DNA of 64,000 nucleotides from Eledone cirrhosa. Its lineage: Eukaryota. The notes under the pieces are model-generated. The model worked only from the letters and a program-made list of their open reading frames with translations, was not told where the DNA came from and ran no database searches. The DNA lies in assembly GCA_964016885.1 (NCBI GenBank), contig OZ024742.1, forward strand, positions 45,818,001 through 45,882,000. The letters are read 5' to 3'. The position numbers and the translations under genes are program-made. Of this stretch, positions 26,880-39,215 are shown piece after piece. How positions within the stretch are numbered: the first letter of the stretch is position 1; every line of letters begins with the position of its first letter.

Positions 26880-27410
26880 AGACAGAAGTCTAATATGGCC
26901 TCTCCATTTGTATTTAGATTGGGATTGCCATTCTTTCCAATCATTCTTTTCCATGTTAAGCAGTCAGTGCCAACAAATGCATTAAAGTCTCCCATTAGGA
27001 TATATGACACAACCGTAATTACATCTATTGCTGCAGTGACTTCATCAAGGAAGGATATGTATTCATACTCCTTGTTTCGTGCATAAACTTTTACTATAGA
27101 GACCTATCTTTTAGCCTAAGCTTCAAGAAGCAAATCTTCCCTCTTAATGGTATCCAGTTCATAACACATTCTGATAGCTGGGGCTTGTGAGTATCCCCAC
27201 TCCTACCTGTGCAGTCTTTTCTGGTCCCACACCTGAATAGTGAAGTTTCCATCCTCCATCCAAATCTACAGTACTAGAGCTTTGGAACTTTGTTGTGGAA
27301 ACCCCGACCAAATGTAGTTGATAGCATCTAACCTTGTCCACTTGTTCCAGCTCCCTACCTATAAGGGTTGTGATGTTCCAGGTCCCTATTGCCATGGTTT
27401 ACTCCCTTCC
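26880..27410 (-). mobile_element. RTE-clade AP-endonuclease fragment from a different family
   Basis: IGTWNITTL..LHYSG..GVGILTSP and downstream LMGDFNA..G; contains stops and frameshifts. Confidence 0.85.
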
Positions 27411-28432
27411 GAACCCAATACATATAAATCCAGAGATATTTTGTTATTTAAATGTAGTATTTTTCTCTCTTATCAGAAAATAATTTAACTCCTTTGTTTT
27501 AAGATAGCAAATATAAAGTTAGAAGATAGCATTCTATGGTTGTGAAATTTTCAAGTAAAACTGGGATTGTTGTATACATACATCATATCTGAAGCTATGT
27601 GGTTATCAATTTATGAGTGGATATCTTGCTGATTTGTGCAAATTATCATCAATGTCAACAACACTTGAAAGCCGTGTCTTCTTACATGTTGGACCTTTGG
27701 CTTTTAAAAACATTATTTGCATTACTTCTAGTTTATCTTATATCTGTGTTATATTTTCTTAGCTGTTGCCTTTTAAAAAAATTTCTCTGCTTCTACACTT
27801 CTTCTGTCCTATTGAAACCTTCCATTATCACATATTTCAGTTATTGTATATATACCTCTAATCCTTTTTATTCACAATTGTATAAATAACATTACAAATT
27901 TATACTAAGAAATATATGATCAAAGCGAGAGAAAAAACGACAAAAACAAACCAAAAAAGACAAAAAAAAACCCACAATCAAGTGTGTCAATTGGTCACAC
28001 ACCACAAGGGTCAACGGAAAATTTTGAGGCAAGCCAACATGCTCACAGCGTTACCACAGGTGATGGTGAGGCTAAGAACCTTATAGAAATATCTGAACAG
28101 AAAAACAATTTTTTTAGGAAGCAGTAGATAGTTATTATATTCTGTTATAGTTAACTGTTACTGTTGACATCTGTGATTTACGAAGCTCAGCCAGTATCAT
28201 TTACTCAAGTTTATTAGGATCATTACTAAGATTATCTGACTTAACATTTAAATTTAGCTGAGATGGACTATTGTAGTGAAAAGAAAACTACTTGTTTGGA
28301 TTCTTGTGATTCATTAATTTAATTTCTGTTTTTTTTTATATATATGGAATTATTATGACAAATAATAATTTCAAGGAAGTTCACACTCTTACACAGACGA
28401 GCAGAGAAAACATTCATTCTTGTTAAAGATGA

Positions 28433-28732
28433 ATGACTTTGTGGTTAATAAAAAAACGTTGTAAACATTCTGAAGAAGGAACTATGTCTGAATTTATGTC
28501 AGCTTCGAGAGGAATGGATTTATCAAAGGAGTGTGAGAAACAAGAACAGCATCAACAACTAGAAGAAAATAATAACCACCACCATCATCACCACCACAAT
28601 CACCACTACCAACAACAACAACAACAACAACAGCAACAACAACAACAACATGAACAGCAAAATATTTATTTTCATGGATCTACGGCTAATAAATTACCTT
28701 ATGATCTTCTACAAAGTCTTTCTTCACAAAGG
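28433..28732 (+). CDS. Probable first coding exon of an unidentified host gene (polyHis/polyGln N-terminus)
   Basis: ATG-initiated stretch of 100 codons ending exactly at AGG|GTGAGT (phase 0 consensus donor); unique sequence on both sides of the H/Q run. The start codon is uncertain and no downstream exon was identified. Confidence 0.55.
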
Positions 28733-29455
28733 GTGAGTAAAACGTTTAGCAATGGTTATTTCTAGCTTTAAGAATTATTTAAACTAGGGGGACTCGTGGA
28801 AATTCCATGAACAAAAAAAATCAAGAGGATCTATTTAAGATAATATACAGATAACATCTATCTGTATATTATCTCTTCTCTCCCGTTGTCTTATTCTACC
28901 TTGCTCTAAAATCATATCCCTCTGTTCTTCATTCATTCCCTCATGAGTCTGTACACATATACACATACAATTCATTACAATTGTGTGTGTATATGTGCAT
29001 ATCCACATGCATACATTTATATGTATGAGTATATAAATATAAACACACAAACACTCATACACTCACACAAAACAAACACACATATACTCACACATGTGTA
29101 GCTAATTTTGGAATGCTCATCGCTATAGCGTTTTATAAGCTCTTCCTTCCTCAATCATTACATAGATGTTTGTGTATGTAATAATTATTTGTATAATGTG
29201 TCTATTTATGAATATGTATGAGTATATGTATGTGTGTGTGTTTGCACTTCTGTTGCTTGTGTATCTGTTTATGTATTTGTAGATGTGTGTGTGTATGTAA
29301 CTACAGTGTAATATACATTACAAATTGATGAAACACACCAAGAATTATAATAAGATTGTTCGAAAATTGAATTACACAGTCATACAACTTGACTGAGCTA
29401 AGTGATATATATATAATAGAACAGACAAGGGGTGGACAGAGGCTCCGTAAGCCGT

Positions 29456-32400
29456 AATGTAGGCAACCCGTCTAAGAGAGCTACCGCTCCAAATAAATTG
29501 GTGTGGAGTAGAGAAGTCCCCTAAATCCAGTAAGACAACTTCCCTAGTGCTGGTGGCACGAATAAAAGCACCCAGTCCATGCTGTAAAATGGAGGGGTAG
29601 ATAGGGCCCCTGAGTCCAGTAAGACAACCTCTCTAGTGCTGGTGGCATGAATAAAAGCACCCAGTCCATGCTGTAAAGTGGTGCTGGTGTTAGGGAGGGC
29701 ATCCAACCAGTATATATTAATGCCAAAAACTGTGAGCACAACAAATGAGAATTGCAACAACAGCATCAACAGCAATAACACTAACCATGTTAGGGCTGCG
29801 CACGGTAGTGGGGTGGCTGGTGCGGCCATGTGCGAGAACCCCCCCCGACCGTCATCAAGCAATCACACAACAACAACTACTGTGTAAACAGTAATAACAC
29901 TAACCATGTTAGGGCTGCGCATGGTAGTGGGGTGGCTGGTGCGGCCATGTGTGAGAACCCCCCCCCCCCTACAGTCGTCAAGCAATCGGACAACAGGAAC
30001 AAGAACAAGAATATGAAGACGTCGCATCTCAGAGTTGCCACACTTAATGTTGGTACTCTAACAGGTAGATCTGGTGAGATAGTGGAGATGCTGGAGAGAA
30101 GGTATGTGGATGTGTGCTGTATGCAAGAGGTGAGATGGAGAGGTGCCTCTGCAAGACTAATCACAAGCAAACATCTTAGTTATAAGCTTTTCTGGGTGGG
30201 TAATGATGATGGGTGAGGTGGGGTAGGCATTTTATTGGCTGAGAGATGGATCGATAAGACAATAGAGGTAGTTAGAGTCAGTAATAGAATAATTAATCTT
30301 AGATTAGTTGTAGGCAAGAGACTGCTGACAATCATCTCTGCCTATGCTCCCCAGGCAAGCCTAGGTAAAGAAGAAAAAGACTGCTCATATGAGCAACTTT
30401 TTTACAAACAGCCGCAATGACAGAGGACGGAGACATCATTATGCTAGCAGGGGACTTCAATGATCATGTTGGATAGCTCCAGGATGGATACATTGGGGTA
30501 CATGGTGGGCACGGTTACAGCTCAAGAAATGAAGAAGGAGTGAGGCTTCTTGAATTTTGTGATGCAAGTGCACTAACCATTTGCATCACTAACTTCCAGA
30601 AACCTGCCAACCACTTGATAACCTACAAATCAGGCGAGCACATAAGCCAGATTGACTTCTTGCTAGATAGGCAGTGGGACAGGCAGATGGTGTCAAATAC
30701 CAAGGCATACTCTGGGAAAGAATGTACCCCACAGCATAGGTTAGTTGTTAGTGATATCTCAGTAAACAAGATACAGAATAAGACATACAGGAAGGTGTGG
30801 GAAAGAAAGGTCTGGAAGCTAAAAGACCTTTCACTAAAATATAAATTTAGGAAAGCCCTTCAAGATGTGTATCATGAAAAAGGAGACGATTTAGAGTCAT
30901 ATGACATTGATGATAACTGGAATTTCTTATGTGACAACTTACTGCAGGCTACTGAAGAAACTTGTGGCTGGAGCAGAGCTCCAACCAGATAGAGAGTGAC
31001 CTGGTGGTGGAACAGCATGGTAGATAGAGCCATTAGAGACAAAAGACTAGCATGGAACGCTTGGAAAAATGGTGGGAGTAGAGAAGGATACACAGCCGCT
31101 AAGAAAGAAGCTAGACATCAGGTGTATTTAGCACGCAGGGAGGCTGAGAGTAGGAGGTTTGCCAATGTTCTGCGATGGGAAGATCAAAGACGTGCGGTGT
31201 TTCGCATTGCAAGGCAGTGTGTCAGTGCAAATCAGAATGTTGTTGGAGATAAGTGTGTTCGGAATGATGCTGGTGTACTTAGTGTCACGAATGATCAGAA
31301 AAAGGAAGCCTGGAAATGTCCAAGAGGCGATTAAGGAAATGAAAAATGGTAAGGCCGCTGGAGTTGTAGGGGATGTAGGCACTAAACTGGTTGCACGCAT
31401 CATCAATCAGGCTATATATGGTGGTGTCATACCCAAAGACTGGTGTAGCAGTATTCTCATAAATTGCTACAAAGGTAAAGGGGATGCTCTGGAGAGGAGC
31501 AATTATAGGGGCATAAAACTGATGGATCAGGTTATGAAAGTGGCGCAATTAGAGAAAGGGTCAAACTAGATGAGATGCAGTTTGGTTTTGTGCCTGGGAA
31601 AAGTACAACAGATGCCCTCTTCTTACTGAGACAACTACAAGAGAGGTCCTTAAGAAGAATAAGCCACTATACTTAGCTTTGTACAGAGCTGCCGTCAGTA
31701 AAGTGAGGGTAGGAATGGAGTTAATGAGGAATTCCAGATACAAGTTGGAGTTCATCAGGGTTCGGTCCTCAGCCCGTTCTTGTTCATTATAGTCCTCCAA
31801 GCCATAACAGAGGAGTTTAAGACTGGCTGCCCATGGGAACTTCTCTATGCTGACGATATGGTTCTTACAGCAGATCAGTAGAGGAGCTAGAGTATAAATT
31901 CTGGCTATGGAAACAGCAGTTGGAATTAAGAGGACTGAAAGTGAACCTAGCTAAGACAAAAGTGTTGATGAGTAGAAAAGAGGACAAAACTCTGATTCCA
32001 TTGGGGAAATGGCCATGTTCGATATGCAGAAAAGGAACTGGCATACATTCTATAAAATGTACACAATGCAGATCTTGGGTACACAAGAGATGTAGTGGGA
32101 TAGCAGGCAAACTAACAGGTAGGGAAAAATATGTGTGCAGTAGATGTACAGGAAAATTTGACAGTAAAAGTCGCATTGATAGACACATTTTTCAAGTGCA
32201 GGTGGATTCTATAGAAGTGGTTGATAGCTTCCGGTACCTAGGTCATCAGATTATCATGGGGGGGGGGGGGGTCCGAGGCCATAGTATCTAGAATAAGGAT
32301 GGGTTGGAAGAAGTTTAGGGAGCTGCTTCCTCTGTTGACAAAGAAGGGTTTCTCCCTGCGCACGAAAGGTCGGTTATATGATGCCTGTCTGAAGTGTGCA

Positions 32401-32824
32401 ATGCTGCATGGTAGTGAGACCTGGGCAGCAACTGCATAGGATATGCGATGGCTGGAGAGAAATGATGCAAGCATGCTCTGTTGGATGTGCAATGTCAATG
32501 TATGTGAATAACCGAGCATGGATGTGTTGAGAGAGAAACTGTGTTTAAGAGGGATAAGTTGTAGTGTGTGGGAGAGAAGACTGTGGTGGTATGGACATGT
32601 GATGCACATGGAGGATGACTGCTGGGTAAAGAAGTGCCAGTTGAAGGAAGATGCAGTAGAAGCAGACCATGAAAAACATGGGCAGAGGTGGTCAGAGCAG
32701 ACCTCAGATTGCTGAAGCTCATGGTGGAGATGACGAAGGACCGTGACAAGTAGAGAGATGTTGTGCTGAATAGGACCCATCCCACCCTTGCAAGGAGGGA
32801 AAAACGGATGTAAAAAGATGATGA

Positions 32825-32828
<4 letters not shown>
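29456..32828 (+). mobile_element. Near full-length decayed RTE LINE (APE-RT-PHD)
   Basis: ATLNVGTLTGR..QEVRW, GDFN, DFLL, QHRLVV (APE); RT motifs including YADD; PHD finger; (GAT)n tail; many stops and two internal deletions. The 5' boundary is approximate. Confidence 0.93.
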
Positions 32829-32870
<42 letters not shown>

Positions 32871-32914
32871 CAGAATAATAATAAATGAAGACATTCACAT
32901 AATCAAAATATATG

Positions 32915-32976
32915 TTTTATTATATATATTTCGAAGGTACTATGCTGTTTTTTCAGTACATCCTCGTCAGATAAAA
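32915..32976 (-). ncRNA. Type I hammerhead ribozyme (inverted partner of 33027-33088)
   Basis: Minus strand: TTTTAT-CTGACGA-stem II-GAAA-TATATA-TA-ATAAAA. Confidence 0.8.
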
Positions 32977-33026
32977 TACATGAATGGTATCAAGACAGTT
33001 GAGGTATGTCATACATAATTCATGTA

Positions 33027-33088
33027 TTTTATCTGATGAGGACGTACTGAAAAAACAGCATAGTACCTTCGAAATATATATAATAAAA
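33027..33088 (+). ncRNA. Intact-looking type I hammerhead ribozyme
   Basis: TTTTAT-CTGATGA-GGAcGTACT..AGTACcTTC-GAAA-TATATA-TA-ATAAAA; predicted cleavage after 33082. Confidence 0.85.
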
Positions 33089-33224
33089 CAAATATTTTGA
33101 TTATGTGAATGTCTTCATTTATTATTATTCTTAATAATAACTCCAGAAAACTTGACTGTGGAGTGCTTTGTATCTGTGTAAAACTATATTCATTGAGTAA
33201 TCAATGAACCATATTAATCTTTGG

Positions 33225-33506
<282 letters not shown>

Positions 33507-33567
33507 GACCAAAGATTAATATGGTTCATTGATTACTCATATATATATATATATATATATATATGTG

Positions 33568-33787
33568 AAGGCGTGTGGCTGAGTGGTTAGAGAATTGGAT
33601 TCGCAATCGTAAGGTTGTGAGTTCGATTCCTGGACCAGGTGATGCGTTATGTCCTTGAGCAAGACACTTTATTTCCCGTTGCTCCTTCTACCTGGAGTTG
33701 CGACCGATAGATAGTATTAGCAATTGGAAAGACCAATGGAAACATTGTTCCCTCGGTCCGATTTGACGAAAGTCGATCGTTCCTTTA
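33568..33787 (+). mobile_element. Young tRNA-derived CORE-like SINE
   Basis: A box TGGCTGAGTGG, B box GAGTTCGATTCC, then TGTCCTTGAGCAAGACACTTTATTTC; near-identical to 60689-60908. Confidence 0.92.
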
Positions 33788-33841
<54 letters not shown>

Positions 33842-33923
33842 ATATATATATATTCCTTTAATATATATATATATATAAAAGACGTAAATAAGAAAGTTAT
33901 GAAAATTGACTTAGTAAAATTTC

Positions 33924-33994
33924 ACTCCAACTAATTAGGGGATAAATATAGTTACGTAATATAACTATAGAGAAGCCTTACGTCATCAGGGAGT
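33924..33994 (-). ncRNA. Hammerhead-like motif with a variant core
   Basis: Minus strand: ACTCC-CTGATGA-cGTAA..TTAC-GTAA-CTA..TAG-TT-GGAGT; GAAA is replaced by GTAA. Confidence 0.4.
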
Positions 33995-34080
33995 CTATTC
34001 TCAGCTAAGCTTCCAGGCAATGCGGGGACACTGGGAACTTATATAAAAATAATTCAGTGGATGGAAAAAGCGAGCGGAGC

Positions 34081-34116
<36 letters not shown>

Positions 34117-34117
34117 T

Positions 34118-34334
34118 AGCTTGGTGGTTAGAGCATTGGGCTTGCAATCGAAAGGTTGTGAGTTCAATTCTCAGACCGGGTGATGTGTTGTTTCCTTGAG
34201 CAAGACACTTTATTTCACATTGCTCTGTGTTAGGAAGGGCATCCAGCTGTAGAAATCAAGCCAGAATCAGTTCCCGTCCCACCCTTGCAAGCAGGGAAAA
34301 GGGTACGTAAAATGAAATGATGATGATGATGATG
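34118..34334 (+). mobile_element. tRNA/CORE-like SINE with an RTE-type tail, internally deleted
   Basis: Head and tail match 38838-39215 and 60225-60567; ends in (GAT)n. Confidence 0.85.
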
Positions 34335-34620
34335 ACACAATTGTATATGTATATTTTCATCATCATCATCATTTATGATGAATGTTAAGTGATACTGATG
34401 AAAATGATGATGATGATGATGATGATGAGGATGATTATGATGATGATAATGAAAAAATATTTTGTTTACATATCTTCCTGCACTTTACCCCATGCTAAGA
34501 TAGGCACCAAAACTGTGGAAGTTGTAATGTCTTTTATACAACTGAAGAGTTCTCCCAACCCTTTGTTTGGCAAGTTTTCTATAGCTGAATGACTTCATAT
34601 ATCTGTCTGTCCGTCTGTTT

Positions 34621-34746
<126 letters not shown>

Positions 34747-35183
34747 GATAAATAGATAGAGATATTTCAAAGAAAATATAAAAAGGCCAGATTCTAATGT
34801 ATTCCTTTAATGTTGCACAACTTCACAAAGCATATTTCTATGGCTGGCTTACATCATCAGCCCATGGCGCAAGATAATCAGTGATGTCATCAGATGTAAT
34901 GAACATAAAAGAACTAAAAGATATAGTTCAATAATCCCTACTGGGTTACAGCAAAATATAAACAAAGTATTGATACAAAGGCAGCCCTGGTAGCGATGTG
35001 ATCACTATGATGAACGGCCTCCATATAGACTCTGTGTTTAAAATATTGTAGTACTTAAAACATTTAAACATTAACTGAATGACCACTCAGTACCTCAATA
35101 CTGGTCAGTAGAGTATAGGAATATTTTTCAACTTTGTCACTTCATCTGGCTGTATATGTGTGTTTTTTTCTATATATATATGG

Positions 35184-35224
<41 letters not shown>

Positions 35225-35249
35225 GATAGATATGTATATATATATATAC

Positions 35250-35316
<67 letters not shown>

Positions 35317-35324
35317 CTATCTAT

Positions 35325-35502
35325 CTAGGGCGGGTAAAATTCCCGAGATCCATGGACGAGTTCTCTCCAGCGGTCTCTGTCCCTCATTATCGCTGCCATG
35401 TCCTACGTTTCCAACAGACTAGTGTCTGTCCTTGGAACATCAACATACGTTAACCTTGGTCTTCCCCTTCCAGTGTGTCCATGTACGGGCTCCCACAGGA
35501 GC
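35325..35502 (-). mobile_element. 3' coding end of another RTE family
   Basis: LLWEPVHGHTGRGRPRLTYVD..MRDRDRWRELV. Confidence 0.75.
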
Positions 35503-35987
35503 AAAAAGTGCAATGTCTGTGTGTATAAAGGGTATTTTTTCTTTTTTCTGCAGCATACGCAGAAAGGTATGTAATTCCTAGACAGGGCAAAAATGCCATG
35601 TTCATGCCACTTATGTATGAAAATAAATGATGGCAATTTTTAATATCGAGATACAGCTATATATGTATATGTATATATATGTATAAGTTATTGTTCTGTC
35701 TTGTCTCTTTCTCGACAGACAGCGCTTTGGCTTGTGTCAGATGCTGTGACTCTGGGTGGACCAGTAGTACTGTTGGTAGGGTTCAAAACTGCCAGAGTCC
35801 ATCTCATTGGCTGAAGACACTGGAGTTTTGTGTCTTTCGTTTGTATTTTTATTTTCAAAAAATAATTTTTTAAGGTTTCCCCTTCAAACAATTGTTTTTC
35901 CTTTTGTCTTATTTTCATTCATTGTCCTGTCTTCTCTTTGGTTAATTTTCCCAAGTTTATTATATATATATATGTGTGTGTGTGTGT

Positions 35988-36150
35988 CAGACCTGCCAAC
36001 CTCTAAAATCCAAAACAGGGAGGACCATGAAAAAAAGTGCTCCAAACTGGGTAGAAATGAGGCAAAATTAGGGAGATTTTACATAATGATAGCTACAAGA
36101 GAAGACATCTCTCACCCACCCCACCAAAGCGGGGAGAGTTGACAGGTCTG
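35988..36150. mobile_element. hAT-like MITE inserted in (TG)n
   Basis: TIRs CAGACCTGCCAAC and GTTGACAGGTCTG (one mismatch). Confidence 0.8.
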
Positions 36151-36183
36151 ATGTATGTGTGTGTGTGTGTATGTGTGTGTGTA

Positions 36184-36216
<33 letters not shown>

Positions 36217-36306
36217 TAGATATATATTAGATATTTAATATATAAGATATATATTAAATATCTTGTTAAAAGCATTGTTAAAAAACAACAACCAATAGTC
36301 ATTATT

Positions 36307-36630
36307 AAAAGGCAGGTGAATTGGCAGTATCGGTAGAGGGTTGGGCATGCTTTCCAGCACAGTTACGTCCCTTTACAATCTGAGTTCAAATCCTGCTGAG
36401 GTTAACTTGTGCCAAAAGAAGAAACAATTATACAAGGGCAGTGGATTGGCAGTATCGGTAGAGGATTGGACACCATGCTTTGACGCATAGAGTTACGGCC
36501 CTTGTCATTCTGAGTTCAAATCCCGCCGAGGTTAACTTTGCCTTTCATCCTTACAGGGTCGATAAAATAAAGTACCAGTAATGCACTGGGATAATTGCTG
36601 GCCTTGTGCCAAAAGTAGAAACAATTATTA
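36307..36630 (+). mobile_element. Two tandem Meta-like SINEs, the first internally deleted
   Basis: TTGGCAGTATCGGTAGAG..TGAGTTCAAATCC occurs twice. Confidence 0.85.
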
Positions 36631-36918
36631 AAAGGAAGAATTTGAGGTAAAATAGTAAAATATTTTATCCATTTATTGCTGGTATTTATAGTTGAGATAT
36701 GTGACATGTATTGTGAATGAGTGGTCTTTGTAGCAATTCTGTTCTTTAATTCTCTCATTCATTCCCACTTTCTTTAATTCTATCATTTATTCACTCCTTC
36801 TTTCTTTCTTTAATTCTTCCATTCATTCATCCCTTCTTTCTTTCTTTCTTTCTTTCTATCTCCAATTCTCCCATTCATTCATCCTTTCTTTCTTTCTTTC
36901 TTCAATTTTCCCATTCAT

Positions 36919-36970
<52 letters not shown>

Positions 36971-37531
36971 TAATTCTCTCATTCATTCATTCACCCTTTC
37001 TTTCTTTAAATCTCTCATCACCTCATAAAAAAGATTTCCTGGACACAGATTTTAAACAATTGGTTCTCTCTTGACATAGTATACAGATTTAAACAATTGG
37101 TTTTCTATTGATAAAGTATATAGTTCTCTATTGATACAGGATATAGCAATATATAGTATTATAGCAATATAAAACTGAAAAATAAACTATTTTCTTCCAT
37201 TTGTTCTCAAACATTTAGCAGACTACTTACCTTCATTCTGGCCCAGTTAATCTTTCAAGTAAGTCCAAGTATTTCTAACTTAAGAAAATACACTTAATTT
37301 TTTCAGTTACTTCATCATTTCAGTATCTTCATTTATATATTCGTCACTACACTTTGATTATAGCAAAAAGACCAAGAAGTTCATATTTATTCAGTCATAG
37401 TTTAACTGTTGTAAAAGCAGTATTCTCTTTATTTTAGGTTTTTATTTGAAATTCAATATTAATTATCATATTTATTTGTTGATACTTCATATATGCATTG
37501 GAATATATTTTATTTGCACACACGCGTGCAT

Positions 37532-37591
<60 letters not shown>

Positions 37592-38039
37592 TCACACTCA
37601 TACACACATAAACAGACACACATACAACTGAAAAATGCAGGCAAACTATTAATAGGAAAAAGTATATATGTATATGTATACTCACAAAAAAAACATTAAA
37701 AATTCAGACACACACATGTATATACACACACACTCATAGATAAACACACACACATCATGACTTATACACTGTTCTCTTTCCTGACATTTGTACATTATTC
37801 TATGTACTATACATACACATTTGATGAGTTGTAGTACACCTGAGCACTGTACACAATAATTTTCATATTTATTATCATATTATATGCATATATACACACA
37901 TATATGTGTATACACATGCACACAGAAAACATAAAAAATTCACAGACACACAGAGATATACACACACGCATACTTCCATCAATGATACAGAAATCATGGA
38001 CACAGAGAGAAAAAATAATGCACACCCACGAAATGCACT

Positions 38040-38300
38040 CCACTGGCACTCATGTAACATCACCCATGACACACCTGGTCTCTTCACTTTGGTCCCTGCA
38101 CCCACATACTGGACTACATGATTACCCTTGTCAGACATTAAAAACAATTTGTTTCTAACTTTCCAACAGCCATTTTTCCTACCTTCTCTCTCTGAACTTT
38201 TGCTATTTCCTAAAGAAGGACTTATGTCCAAAATGTTGAAACCTTCATTCATTTCTTCCCAATTAGACTTTTTTTTTCTTTCTCTCGCTCTGATCATATA
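38040..38300 (+). mobile_element. Possible Penelope-like 3' remnant: end of GIY-YIG domain plus a decayed hammerhead (38206-38241)
   Basis: HLVSSLWSLHPHTGLH resembles the PLE C-terminal L..L.P.GLN motif; followed by TTTC-CTAAAGA-aGGACttatGTCC-AAAA-TGTT-GAAA. Confidence 0.45.
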
Positions 38301-38837
38301 TTTTGATGTGTTATATTTGTGAGGTTCCTAGCAATAGTTAATTGTATTTGTTATATGTGTTTATATTTTCATTCTGAAAGAATTGTGAGCAATTTGTAAT
38401 GTTATTTATCTATATATTTAATATTTTAAAAATTAACATAATTAGACTTTGTATTTTTGCATCTCTGTGTTTGTCTTGTTTATTCATATGAAATCATCAT
38501 CCTGATGATTTCATATGAATAAAACAGTTCTAGTCCTGTAGAAACCATTTCTATATTAAATATTGATATATAGAGAGAAGAAAATTCTTTAAGTAGGTTG
38601 AGGTGAATCTTAATGCATAAATATAGAGATATATATACAAAAATATATACATACATATACATACATGAATGCATATATACATACATACATACACACCTTC
38701 AACCACTATGAAACTTATAAATACCAATGACCTACTATATCAATCAGCATTCCAGGTGATTTTATGAAGCCATTTCAATATTAAATTTCGTTAAATGTAT
38801 ATATATATATATGTATATATGTATATATATATATATA

Positions 38838-39215
38838 GCATGGCTTAGTGGTTAGAGCATTGGGCTTGCAATCGAAAGGTTGTGAGTTCAATTCTCAGAC
38901 CGGGTGATGTGTTGTTTCCTTGAGCAAGACACTTTATTTCACATTGCTCCAGTTTACTCAGCTGTAGAAGTGAGATGATTGGACTGGGGTCCCTATCATT
39001 CCACTGCAAAGTGGTCATGGAGGTGCCACATCAAAAAAAAAAAAAGCACCTAGCCCACACTGTAAAGTGAACGTGTAGGCACCACAGAAAAAAAGCACCC
39101 AGCACTCACTGTAAATGAGGTTGGTGTTAGGAAGGGTATCCAGCTGTAGAAATCAAGCCAGAATCAGTTCCCGTCCCACCCTTGCAAGCAGGCAAAAGCG
39201 GACGTAAAATGATGA
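38838..39215 (+). mobile_element. tRNA/CORE-like SINE with an RTE-derived 3' tail
   Basis: A/B boxes; AAAAGCACCCAGCACTCACTGTAAATGAGGTTGGTGTTAGGAAGGG is shared with the 3' UTR of the RTE at 61210. Confidence 0.9.

Noticed and set aside
33568-33650. tRNA gene
   Set aside because: The A/B boxes run into a SINE body, the sequence is multi-copy, and there is no full cloverleaf
34826-34865. Minus-strand CTGATGA..GAAA hammerhead candidate
   Set aside because: Stems I and III do not pair convincingly; at best a heavily decayed relic
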